Below, piece by piece: positions 15,458 through 23,771 of a DNA stretch of 64,000 nucleotides. The notes beneath the pieces are model-generated. The model was given only the letters and a program-made list of their open reading frames with translations. It had not been told where the DNA came from and ran no database searches. The stretch's first letter is position 1. Every line of letters begins with the position of its first letter. Source of the DNA: Candidatus Peregrinibacteria bacterium (GTDB taxonomy: Bacteria > Patescibacteriota > Gracilibacteria > UBA1369 > JABINC01); contig JABINC010000075.1 in NCBI GenBank assembly GCA_018697675.1, positions 7,496 to 71,495 on the forward strand. The letters run 5' to 3'. A program made the position numbers and the translations under genes.

Positions 15458-15597
15458 ACGTTAAAATTAAGTGTAGTTCGAATGTTGTTAGCCAAATCCA
15501 AGCCGCATCATCTTAAATCTTCTTAATTGTCAGAGCAAGCCGTCTTTGGTTAACAGAACATGCTCTGATTATCTTGCAAGTTTTTGTCGTATTTTGC

Positions 15598-15640
15598 ATA
15601 TAAAAAACCAGAGCTCCCCCGTATAAAGGAAGCCCTGGTT
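15598..15640 (-). terminator. Probable rho-independent terminator after the 15662..16312 gene
   Basis: Imperfect stem AACCAGGGCUUCC / GGGGAGCUCUGGUU (plus-strand 15606-15640), followed on the minus strand by a U-run (A-run 15602-15607 on plus). Confidence 0.5.
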
Positions 15641-15661
15641 AACCCTATCAAAATGTGCGTG

Positions 15662-16312
15662 TTATTGTTGTGGTCCTTTTCTCATCATCTTGTGAGGTGG
15701 TTTGAGGCCGAGTTCTTCCATGATATCTTTTGCTCCTTCTTTGTCTCCAGCTTCTCTGAGTTCGTGAGCTTTGATCATTAGTTCGAAGTTTTCTTCAGTG
15801 ACTTTTTCTTGAAGTTTTTCAGGTGCTTTTTCTAGGAATGTATTGTAATCACCTGATTCGAAAATTTGTTTCATTTCTTCTCGATGCTCCTGTCTGTTCT
15901 CTTTCTTTTTCATGTTTTTTTGCATTTTCTTCATGCCTTTGTGAGGTTTCTCTATCCCAAGTTCATCCATAATGCTGCGAGCTCCTTCACGATCTCCCGC
16001 TTCTCTGAGAGAGTGGATCTCCATGAGAGAAGAAAAGTTATCCTCATTTATAGTTGAGAAATGACCTTTGTCGGTTGTGATTTCTGCGAAAGTTGCATAA
16101 TCACCAGATGAGATAGCATCTTTTACGGCTTGATGCTTGGCTTGCATCTCTTCGTGTTTAACTTGCATTTCAGGATTCATTTCGAAGTCGTCGGAATTGT
16201 TGTAACCGACAGCGGCAAATACATTTCCAGCGATCATTGAGACAAGTGCCGCTGAGATCAATATGGCCGGTAGAGCAAACTGACGATTTTTTAGAAGTTT
16301 TTTGGTTTCCAT
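15662..16312 (-). CDS. Secreted two-repeat helical protein (possible envelope-stress output)
   Basis: 216 aa with signal/anchor (ALPAILISAALVSMIAG). Internal duplication LREAGDREGARSIMDELGIEKPHKGMKKM / LREAGDKEGAKDIMEELGLKPPHKMMRKG. Confidence 0.6.
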   Translation of the reverse strand: METKKLLKNRQFALPAILISAALVSMIAGNVFAAVGYNNSDDFEMNPEMQVKHEEMQAKHQAVKDAISSGDYATFAEITTDKGHFSTINEDNFSSLMEIHSLREAGDREGARSIMDELGIEKPHKGMKKMQKNMKKKENRQEHREEMKQIFESGDYNTFLEKAPEKLQEKVTEENFELMIKAHELREAGDKEGAKDIMEELGLKPPHKMMRKGPQQ

Positions 16313-16388
16313 AATTTAAATGGTTAGTAGATTTATAATTTTTGAAATTTAAAATGTTTTTTAAGAATTTCTGCGCGCTTCACCTAGT

Positions 16389-16418
16389 AATACGCAGGGT
16401 ATGAAATTTTTCTTTCAG
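16389..16418 (-). promoter_or_regulatory. ECF-type promoter CTGAAAG-N17-CGTAT upstream of the two-repeat protein gene
   Basis: Minus-strand reading: CTGAAAG AAAAATTTCATACCCTG CGTATT. Shares CTGAAAGAAA-N14-CGTAT with the element upstream of the sigma gene. Confidence 0.5.
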
Positions 16419-16450
16419 TTTTTTATTGCGAGCGCCTATTATGTGTAAAT

Positions 16451-17053
16451 TTAATAGGTAAGTGGCGGCCTAGTCGGAGGTTTTCTATCAAAATCGAGTT
16501 TGTTGAGTTCGTTGAATTTTGGAGGCAGCTTACGATCAGGGTGTAGCTCTTGGAATTTCTCTATTCTTTTTTGCATTCGTTTCATCTTCATATTGTGGAG
16601 TTGTTTGTATGGAGGCATGTGGTTCTGCATTTGTTCTTCTATCTCCTTCGCGGTTCCTGCTCCAAAAAATATCAATCCAGATATGAGAGAGATAATAATT
16701 ATACCCGTTGTTAGATGAGATGTTTTGAGCTTATAACCTTTGCGGGTGTGGCGGACATTGTAGTGAGTGACTACGGTCATGAGGGCGAGCAAGATCATCC
16801 AAAAGTATGGCAATGCATTCAAAATGAGTGAGAAAAAAGATGAGTTGAGTTCGTTGTGGAGGGTCCAATTTGTGGCGGTCAGCAAGAACATGGTGATTCC
16901 GAGTGAAATTGCCCCGAGAATTATTGTCAAAGTTCCGAGTACCCAGAAAACCCAGTTTTTTAACAAAAACCCCCATTTTGGTTTTGGTTTCAAATTTTTA
17001 GATTTGATCTTTTTGAGTACGTCTTGTGATAAGTTTTTATCCGTCATGACCAT
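16451..17053 (-). CDS. Membrane protein, putative anti-sigma factor partner
   Basis: 200 aa with four hydrophobic helices. Overlaps the ECF sigma gene by 17 nt. No ZAS motif, so the role is inferred from position only. Confidence 0.4.
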   Translation of the reverse strand: MVMTDKNLSQDVLKKIKSKNLKPKPKWGFLLKNWVFWVLGTLTIILGAISLGITMFLLTATNWTLHNELNSSFFSLILNALPYFWMILLALMTVVTHYNVRHTRKGYKLKTSHLTTGIIIISLISGLIFFGAGTAKEIEEQMQNHMPPYKQLHNMKMKRMQKRIEKFQELHPDRKLPPKFNELNKLDFDRKPPTRPPLTY

Positions 17054-17618
17054 TTGTAATTAGAATTTTTTTGAAATGAGATTTTGCCCTGTTGAGTAGG
17101 GTTGCAACTGTGCCCATAGGCTTTTTCAAGATGTCTGAAATTTCCGAATAATCTTTTCCTTCTAGGTATCGGAGAATTAGCACTGTGTGGTATTTTTTGT
17201 CGAGTTTTTGAAGAAGTGTAGCGATTTTTTTAGAATTCAATTTTTGGTTTATTTGATTTGGAATGTCGGTGTCATCTCTTAGATTTTCGAAAAAAGTTTG
17301 ACTTTCTCCCGTTGAAAGAGTGGAAGGTTGATTTTTGAATTTCCTGTAAAAACTGATCGTGTGGTTATGAGTGATTCGATAAATCCAAGATGAAAATCTC
17401 AAACTTGTATCAAAGTCATTTAAATTCTCGTAGGTTTTGATAAAAACTTCTTGAAGGATATCTTCGGCGTCTTCGGTCGGTGCATTTATGAGCCTGTGAA
17501 TATAGGCAAGTAGGCGTGTTTCATAACGCTGCATAAGATGCAGAAAATTATCGGAATTCTCCAAGGAGAGTCTTACCAATTCCTCGTCTTTTAGGGCTTT
17601 TGAGTTTGTGTTTTTCAA
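17037..17618 (-). CDS. RNA polymerase ECF (sigma-70 family group 4) sigma factor
   Basis: 193 aa. Region 2 (DILQEVFIKTY...FSSWIYRITHN) and region 4 HTH (YSEISDILKKPMGTVATLLNRAK). Confidence 0.85.
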   Translation of the reverse strand: MKNTNSKALKDEELVRLSLENSDNFLHLMQRYETRLLAYIHRLINAPTEDAEDILQEVFIKTYENLNDFDTSLRFSSWIYRITHNHTISFYRKFKNQPSTLSTGESQTFFENLRDDTDIPNQINQKLNSKKIATLLQKLDKKYHTVLILRYLEGKDYSEISDILKKPMGTVATLLNRAKSHFKKILITNGHDG

Positions 17619-17651
17619 ATTGCAAGAAAATTAAGGCGTACGCATTATATC

Positions 17652-17680
17652 ATACGCTCTTGAAGAGAAGTTTCTTTCAG
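17652..17680 (-). promoter_or_regulatory. ECF-type (autoregulatory) promoter CTGAAAG-N17-CGTAT upstream of the sigma gene
   Basis: Minus-strand reading: CTGAAAG AAACTTCTCTTCAAGAG CGTAT, ending 33 nt before the sigma start codon. Confidence 0.5.
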
Positions 17681-17683
17681 AAT

Positions 17684-18286
17684 TTAAAATTCTATTTCAG
17701 CGAGGGTTTTGTATTTTGCACCTTCTTTTGTGAGCTTGGATTCTATGAGTTGAATTGAATTGCTTTTGTCCTTCCATTCGAGTTTTTCCCGAATTCGTTT
17801 TTGAGGAAATTCTTTGAAATCGTGCGGACTAAATCTTGCGAGTGTTAAATGGAGTTTAAATGGGCGCTTATCTTCTTTTAGGCCGAATACCTTGGTTAGT
17901 TCTTTTTTTAGAGCCGGCAACTCTGCAGTTGCCTTGCCCTCTGCCCATATTAGCCTTGGGCGTTTTGCATCTGGGCCGAATTTGGCAATGTGATAGCTTA
18001 AATTAAGAGTCTTGATGTTTTTCACAGATTCTAGTTTTCCTTCAAGTGCTTTGAATTTTTTCTTTAAATCTTTTGTATCTGATTCTTCCCATGGTGGGAC
18101 GATTGTGATGTGAACATCATTTGGGTCTAGCCAGCGGACTGGAAGGTGTGAATATTGTTTTTGGAATTTTACAACTTTCTTTTTGAGCTTGTCTGAAATT
18201 GGGAGTGCGATAAAAATTCTGTGCATGGATTTTAAAGATTTTAAGAACATTTGTTTATTTATATAGGAAAACTCGTGTTTATGCAA
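17684..18286 (-). CDS. thpR: RNA 2',3'-cyclic phosphodiesterase (2H phosphoesterase, ThpR/LigT)
   Basis: Two HxT motifs (DVHITIVPP and KLHLTLARF). True start is probably the internal MHRIFIALPI (about 18226). Confidence 0.8.
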   Translation of the reverse strand: MHKHEFSYINKQMFLKSLKSMHRIFIALPISDKLKKKVVKFQKQYSHLPVRWLDPNDVHITIVPPWEESDTKDLKKKFKALEGKLESVKNIKTLNLSYHIAKFGPDAKRPRLIWAEGKATAELPALKKELTKVFGLKEDKRPFKLHLTLARFSPHDFKEFPQKRIREKLEWKDKSNSIQLIESKLTKEGAKYKTLAEIEF

Positions 18287-18341
18287 AATTTTGTAAGTGG
18301 TATGATGGTTTGTGATAAAAATAAATTCTAATTATTGAATA

Positions 18342-20099
18342 ATGAAATTTCTAAAATATCTTTTTGTGGTTAGTATTGTGTTGGTGAGCTCTTTGGTTTT
18401 GAGTGCTTGTGATGAGGCTGAGGTGCCAGATGTTTTGTATCTGAACGATGACGGCTATGCGCTAGAGGATTTTATGCCTGAAGAAAGTAATTTTGTGCTT
18501 GCGTATTCAAATTTTGACGAAGGGCAGAAGGTCGCCCTGGAAGCGCTCATGGAGAAATTGGGAGTTGAAGATGATTTGTTTTATTCTGATGATTTGGTAG
18601 GAGTTTTCAATGATTATGGGATTGATTACAACGAAGATATTCGAGCGATGTTTGGTGAAAATTATCGTATGCTTATGGCGGCCAGTGTGGATTTCTCATC
18701 CGATGGGGCTACTTCGGCTGGGGTTATAGAATTGTATGATAATCAGGATGCGGTGGGTATGATTTTGACATTTACTATCGAGGATACGGAAAAAGCGGCT
18801 GATGTTATGAATAAGTTGGCTCTCAATGAAGGATTTGTGAAAAGTGATATAGATGGATATTTGACTTTGGCGGATTCGGAATCAGGGTCTCATATGATGC
18901 TCGTGGATGATGCGCTTGTGATAACTTCTTCTCAGGAGGAGCTCAGTGAGGCTTTGGATCGTTATAATTCGGAAATGCTCGCACTGACTGATAATGAAGG
19001 TTATTTGGAAGCTGTGGGACATTTTGAGGAGCCTCAGCTTGGATATCTTTATTTGAATATGTCGAATTTGGACTTAGGAGATTCGCCAACGCCGATGAGT
19101 TTCAAGGGATACACAGGGTTGTATCAGGTTTATGGAGTGCAGGCTGTAGAAGATGGTTTGGAGCTGAGTGGACTTGCCGAGTTTGATAAAAAGGAGCTCA
19201 AAAAACTTGGTATAAATTTTCAGGATTTCAAAAATGGTGGTGCATATTTGGTGGATAAGTTGAAAAACAGTGATCCATTCGCGTTGTACTCTGAATCATA
19301 TAATATAGCGCAGGGGCTCAGGATGACTCCGCTTCTTCAGGATCCGGGGCTGAATGATTCTTTTCAGGCATTTTTTGGATCGACTCTGGAAGACGGACTT
19401 TTTTCTTGGATGGATCAAGGGTTCTCGATGGCTCTTTATAGAGGGGAGTGGTTGATACCTGGGTTGACTTTGGTCTTTGATGCGAACTCGAACCTGGAAA
19501 AGGCGAGAGAATTTTACTTCAAATTAGATGGTCAGTTGAGCGGCCTTGTCACTCTCGCGCAGGCCCAAGGCCTGCCTATGCTCAGCAAAAAAACTGAGGG
19601 CACTATGACTATTGTTTCTGCTGATCTTTCAGAGCTTCCGCTCGAAGCAGCTGGGGCTGCCTTGCCTTTGCCAGAGGGAACAGTTCTTCCAAATCTGGAC
19701 CTCTCTTATGGAATTACAGAGGATGGTTTCTTTGCGATCAGTTTACAAAAAGATTTCAATGAAAAATATCTTGCCACTAATACTTCTGGGGCAGAAAAAT
19801 ATGACATGGCTATTAAAAAACTTGGAAATACGGATGGAGGAGTTACTTTTATAGATTTTGAACCTATGAATGCTTATTTGAGCGGTCTTTCAGAGGTATT
19901 TACACAAATGTATATGAGCAGATTTGGAGATGCCGATGTGAAAATCGATGGAGAGCCAGTTGTGACAGCCGAACCAGAATTCACAAAAACTATAAACTCT
20001 ATTATGGGAGTTCTCGACTCATTCGATTACTTTATAATTGGAAACAAGATAAAGAGTAATCACCAAGTTGAGAGCAAGGGGTATTTGAAATTTAGGTAG
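18342..20099 (+). CDS. Secreted lipoprotein, function unknown (DUF3352-like by general look)
   Basis: 585 aa. Signal peptide with lipobox (LVLSAC). The family guess is from memory only. Confidence 0.55.
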   Translation: MKFLKYLFVVSIVLVSSLVLSACDEAEVPDVLYLNDDGYALEDFMPEESNFVLAYSNFDEGQKVALEALMEKLGVEDDLFYSDDLVGVFNDYGIDYNEDIRAMFGENYRMLMAASVDFSSDGATSAGVIELYDNQDAVGMILTFTIEDTEKAADVMNKLALNEGFVKSDIDGYLTLADSESGSHMMLVDDALVITSSQEELSEALDRYNSEMLALTDNEGYLEAVGHFEEPQLGYLYLNMSNLDLGDSPTPMSFKGYTGLYQVYGVQAVEDGLELSGLAEFDKKELKKLGINFQDFKNGGAYLVDKLKNSDPFALYSESYNIAQGLRMTPLLQDPGLNDSFQAFFGSTLEDGLFSWMDQGFSMALYRGEWLIPGLTLVFDANSNLEKAREFYFKLDGQLSGLVTLAQAQGLPMLSKKTEGTMTIVSADLSELPLEAAGAALPLPEGTVLPNLDLSYGITEDGFFAISLQKDFNEKYLATNTSGAEKYDMAIKKLGNTDGGVTFIDFEPMNAYLSGLSEVFTQMYMSRFGDADVKIDGEPVVTAEPEFTKTINSIMGVLDSFDYFIIGNKIKSNHQVESKGYLKFR

Positions 20100-20164
20100 C
20101 CGAAAAATGAAAGGGGTTGCGTTCTTCTTGAAAAATGGTATAGTAGTGATCTAATCACATTGCC

Positions 20165-21124
20165 ATGAATAGAAAAAGTTATGGAAGGCCCGCGTTAATA
20201 GCAGGATTATTGCTACTCACGCTTGCAGGTGCGGAACATAAGAAAGAGGCTAATGATGAGCCAGTTGAAGCTGATGTTGTTAAAAAAAAGACTTCTGTGA
20301 AACCAGTGAGCTCTTCACCTTATGAAGGTGCTGGTTGTTTGGGAGGGGTTATTTTACAAACACGTGAGCAAGTAGCGAAAGCTGATGAATTCAAGGTTGA
20401 GCTTGCTCAACAATTTGATGACCTAACTACCGCTTTTGCAGAGTGTGCAAGTGAAGAAGAGCCATTGGTCGATGTTGATTTACTTGAAAGAGATTATCCA
20501 ATTTGGAATGCTGAAGGCGTTTTAGATGAAGAGGATATGATTGGCATAGTTACTGTGAGTGGGCCGTTCCTTACACATTTGAAATGTTCACCTGATTCTA
20601 GATTTGATCGATGCACGTTTCGTTTTTTTCAGAAGGCTACTTATCCTGCCGGTTTTGGAGATGAAGGTTTTGTTAATATAGTTCCTGAAATAGCTTCTTC
20701 TGAATGGACCATAACATGCTCAAGTTTTTCAGATGAGGAGGGAAATCTTTCTGTTACATTTGAATTGGGAGTTAGCAAAGGCGCAGATGGCGTTAGTAAG
20801 TCTGAAACTGCTAATATTGGAGAAGGTTCGTCTTGGGAAATGGATTCTCATTTATTGCCAGAAATAGAGTCTCTTATAGACCTTGAAGATGAAATCCATC
20901 CATTTCATGTTGACGCTAACTTACCACAATTCCTTCTTCCAAATTCAGATGATACTGCAATTCCAGAAGAAGAATTTAGAGTATTTCTTGATGAACTCGG
21001 ATTAATTATTGATGATTCGCGTGAATCTGACGAAGGTGATTACGCTTCGGGTGCTGGAGATTTATGGGATAATTTTGATGCAATGCAATTTAATACTCAT
21101 CCTCGAGCTTGGTTTGGCGAATAG
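20165..21124 (+). CDS. Secreted acidic hypothetical protein (orphan)
   Basis: 319 aa. Signal peptide (ALIAGLLLLTLAGA), D/E-rich. Own extended -10 TGGTATAGT at 20136-20144. Confidence 0.55.
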   Translation: MNRKSYGRPALIAGLLLLTLAGAEHKKEANDEPVEADVVKKKTSVKPVSSSPYEGAGCLGGVILQTREQVAKADEFKVELAQQFDDLTTAFAECASEEEPLVDVDLLERDYPIWNAEGVLDEEDMIGIVTVSGPFLTHLKCSPDSRFDRCTFRFFQKATYPAGFGDEGFVNIVPEIASSEWTITCSSFSDEEGNLSVTFELGVSKGADGVSKSETANIGEGSSWEMDSHLLPEIESLIDLEDEIHPFHVDANLPQFLLPNSDDTAIPEEEFRVFLDELGLIIDDSRESDEGDYASGAGDLWDNFDAMQFNTHPRAWFGE

Positions 21125-21179
21125 TTTTTTGCAATTAAAAACCGGTTGATATGTTTGTAAAACACACCTTTTGAGAAAA

Positions 21180-21254
21180 TGGCAGGGATAAGAGGATTTG
21201 AACCCCTACTAACGGTTTTGGAGACCGCTGTGCTACCATTGACACCATATCCCT
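21180..21254 (-). tRNA. tRNA-Trp (anticodon CCA), CCA end encoded
   Basis: Hand-folded cloverleaf: AGGGATA-TG-GTGT..GCAC-A-GCGGT CTCCAAA ACCGT-TAGT-AGGGG TTCAAAT CCTCT-TATCCCT-G-CCA. 75 nt. Confidence 0.9.
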
Positions 21255-21260
21255 GCAATG

Positions 21261-21337
21261 TGGCGCTCCCGGAGGGATTCGAACCCCCAACCCTCGGTTC
21301 CGAAGACCGATGCTCTATCCAGTTGAGCTACGGAAGC
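21261..21337 (-). tRNA. tRNA-Arg (anticodon UCG), CCA end encoded
   Basis: Hand-folded cloverleaf: GCTTCCG-TA-GCTC AACTGGATA GAGC-A-TCGGT CTTCGGA ACCGA-GGGTT-GGGGG TTCGAAT CCCTC-CGGGAGC-G-CCA. 77 nt. Confidence 0.9.
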
Positions 21338-21413
21338 GCATTGTGAAACAGCTTTATAAAAGCGGAAAGAGTTTAGCGTTTTCTGTATCTTACTTCAATG
21401 TTTTGTTTGGGGT

Positions 21414-21442
21414 TTGACAAGAGGGTAATTATAGGCTATAAA
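21414..21442 (+). promoter_or_regulatory. Sigma70-like promoter of the 21487 gene
   Basis: TTGACA (21414-21419), 17-nt spacer, TATAAA (21437-21442). Confidence 0.45.
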
Positions 21443-21486
21443 TACACTCTAAATGTTAAGGTTAGTATTTATATATTTCTATTTCT

Positions 21487-22938
21487 ATGAGGACAATAGA
21501 GCCAGATAATAGGTTTGATGGGGTGGTTGCTAAGTTGAAAGAGGTGGGAGATGATGAAACTAAAATAGGAATTGTTGTGGGAGAGCTTATAGGGAGGAAA
21601 GGGCGAGACATGCTCTGGCTTGAATCTGCGCCGTGGGCTTTGATCAAAGCTGTTGTGAGAATTATGCGTGAAGATGTAGTTGCTGCTTTGAAAGATAAGC
21701 CTTCTTATGTTCGAGGGCGTTATTTATATGCTATGGAAATGGATCCGGCCCTGGCTTTGGAGGCTTTTATGGAAGACTTGGAGGGAGAAGATCCTTCTGC
21801 GGAGGCCGCTTATAATTGCGCGCTTGTTATACTTCCTACTAATAAAACTGAAGCTCTTGTTTATCTTCAAAAAGCTTCTTTAGAAGGACGGTATTTACCT
21901 GCTCATGTGAAGATTATGGAGTTGCTTCGAGAACGTGAAAAAGAATTTAGAGAGGGGAAAGGCAGGGCTCGACGTAGAGGATTCGGAGAGGTTGGAGAAA
22001 GAGGGATTAATCTTATTTCTTATTTAAAAAGAGCGTGTGAAGTTTTTCCAGAGTTGCTTTTTGATTTGGGCCAGGAGCTGATGAGTTTGGGTGATGCAGT
22101 GGGAGCGGAAGAATATTTTGTTAGAGCTATAGAACATTTTGATGAAAATAGGGCTGATGCGTTTCTGAATTTAGGTATTTTGGCTTTGGAGCAAAGAGAT
22201 TATCACGCCGCTGAAGATTATTTTAAAGAGGCGCAAGCGCTTGGAGGTGAAGAGGCGGATGTGTTTTTGATGCAATGTTGTTGCGAGCAAGATGAAGATA
22301 TGGATCTTGATGAAGCTTTGAGAAAAGTTTGGAGTAATCTTGCACTTATGCGAGAAGGTGGGAAGACGCTGTCTGCTGAAATGGTGATCCCTGACTTGAT
22401 TGCACTTAAGGTGAAAAGAGGGGTTGGAGATGAAAGGCAGGATGAAAGGTTGATGCATCGTGGGACGGATGTTTACAGCGATCTTCTTAAGAAAAATCCT
22501 TCTGTTTGGAATAGATTGAAATATTTTAGGTTTCTTTCTGATATGTGCCAGCTTGTAGCTGCTAATGAGCAGTATGATTTGCTTTTAAATGAACAGGACT
22601 TGCGTGGGATTACGGTTTTGACAGCTGATGATGTTCTTGTTGCAGGGATGAATGTTGTAAATTCACTTGTTATTGGAGAAGGGAATAAAAAGATGGTAAT
22701 TCGTATTTGGCAGGCAGGTGATGTTCTGATTAGGAAATATTATTCTTCGAATGGGCTTTTGCTTATTGCTTGGGAGAAGGCCTTTCAAGATCGTTCTTTT
22801 AAAGCAGGAGAGATGGAAATGATGATTGAAGCTTGTGGTAAAGAAAATGTAGATAGTTTTATTGCTTCTGGAACTAGGGCGCGCGCGCAATTTAGGAGGC
22901 GACCTGATAGCGGTGGGGTGCTTAAACTCATGAATTAG
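21487..22938 (+). CDS. TPR/Sel1-like repeat protein, function unknown (orphan)
   Basis: 483 aa. TPR-like helices (AEEYFVRAIEHF..., AFLNLGILALEQRDYHAAEDYFKEA). Confidence 0.55.
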   Translation: MRTIEPDNRFDGVVAKLKEVGDDETKIGIVVGELIGRKGRDMLWLESAPWALIKAVVRIMREDVVAALKDKPSYVRGRYLYAMEMDPALALEAFMEDLEGEDPSAEAAYNCALVILPTNKTEALVYLQKASLEGRYLPAHVKIMELLREREKEFREGKGRARRRGFGEVGERGINLISYLKRACEVFPELLFDLGQELMSLGDAVGAEEYFVRAIEHFDENRADAFLNLGILALEQRDYHAAEDYFKEAQALGGEEADVFLMQCCCEQDEDMDLDEALRKVWSNLALMREGGKTLSAEMVIPDLIALKVKRGVGDERQDERLMHRGTDVYSDLLKKNPSVWNRLKYFRFLSDMCQLVAANEQYDLLLNEQDLRGITVLTADDVLVAGMNVVNSLVIGEGNKKMVIRIWQAGDVLIRKYYSSNGLLLIAWEKAFQDRSFKAGEMEMMIEACGKENVDSFIASGTRARAQFRRRPDSGGVLKLMN

Positions 22939-23001
22939 AGATAACACTTTAGGGTGGTTAGAAGGGTGTTTTTTTGGTATAATCTAGGGAAGAAATAATA
23001 T

Positions 23002-23730
23002 TTGGATATGAAATTTTTTAGATTTCGGAAAAAAAGAGATAATGGAAGGTTTTCTTGGAAGAACTTGTCGCCGGAGTTCCGGCAGAAGAAAAAAGCTGCG
23101 GAAATTTTGATCGCAGATAGTAGGGATTCAGCGGATTATTATGTGATGTTGATTATTGCGACTTTGATTATTACTTTTGGACTTGTGGAAAATAATGCGG
23201 CGGTGATCATAGGTGGGATGCTTGTGGCTCCGGTACTTTTTCCGATTTTGGCACTTGGGCTTGGTGCGGCTTCGATGAGGCCTTCTTTGTTTATTCGGTC
23301 ATTACGAGTGTTGATTGCTTCGGTAGTGTTGATTTTGACTTTGTCATCTGCAGTTGCGTATTTCATGGATCCGGGGACTTTTGTTAATACTCAGGTTGAG
23401 CTTCGGCTTTCCTTTTCAATTCTTTCTGTAGGAGTTGCGTTTTTGGCTGGGTTTGCTGGTGCGTATGCTTGGGTTCGAGAATCTCTTCGGGCGAATCTTC
23501 CGGGTGTTGCGATTGCGGTCGCTTTGCTCCCGCCACTCTGCGTAACTGGAATTCAACTTGCTCACAACAATGTGGAAGGTGTTGCCAGTTCATTTCTGCT
23601 TTTTGGAATTAATGTGGGAGGAATTTTCATCGCTTCACTTATAGTTTTTGTGTTTTTTGGTTACAAGCAGGTACAGGGGATTGTTGAAAAAACCATGAAA
23701 GAGGAGCAGGCTGAAAGAGCAGATGAGTAA
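23002..23730 (+). CDS. DUF389-like integral membrane protein
   Basis: 242 aa with multiple TM helices. IIGGMLVAPVLFPILALGLG resembles the DUF389/TIGR00341 family. Start may be the ATG at 23008. Confidence 0.6.
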   Translation: MDMKFFRFRKKRDNGRFSWKNLSPEFRQKKKAAEILIADSRDSADYYVMLIIATLIITFGLVENNAAVIIGGMLVAPVLFPILALGLGAASMRPSLFIRSLRVLIASVVLILTLSSAVAYFMDPGTFVNTQVELRLSFSILSVGVAFLAGFAGAYAWVRESLRANLPGVAIAVALLPPLCVTGIQLAHNNVEGVASSFLLFGINVGGIFIASLIVFVFFGYKQVQGIVEKTMKEEQAERADE

Positions 23731-23771
23731 AATTTAGGATGGGCCCTTGATAGCTGTTTAGGGGGAAGTTT

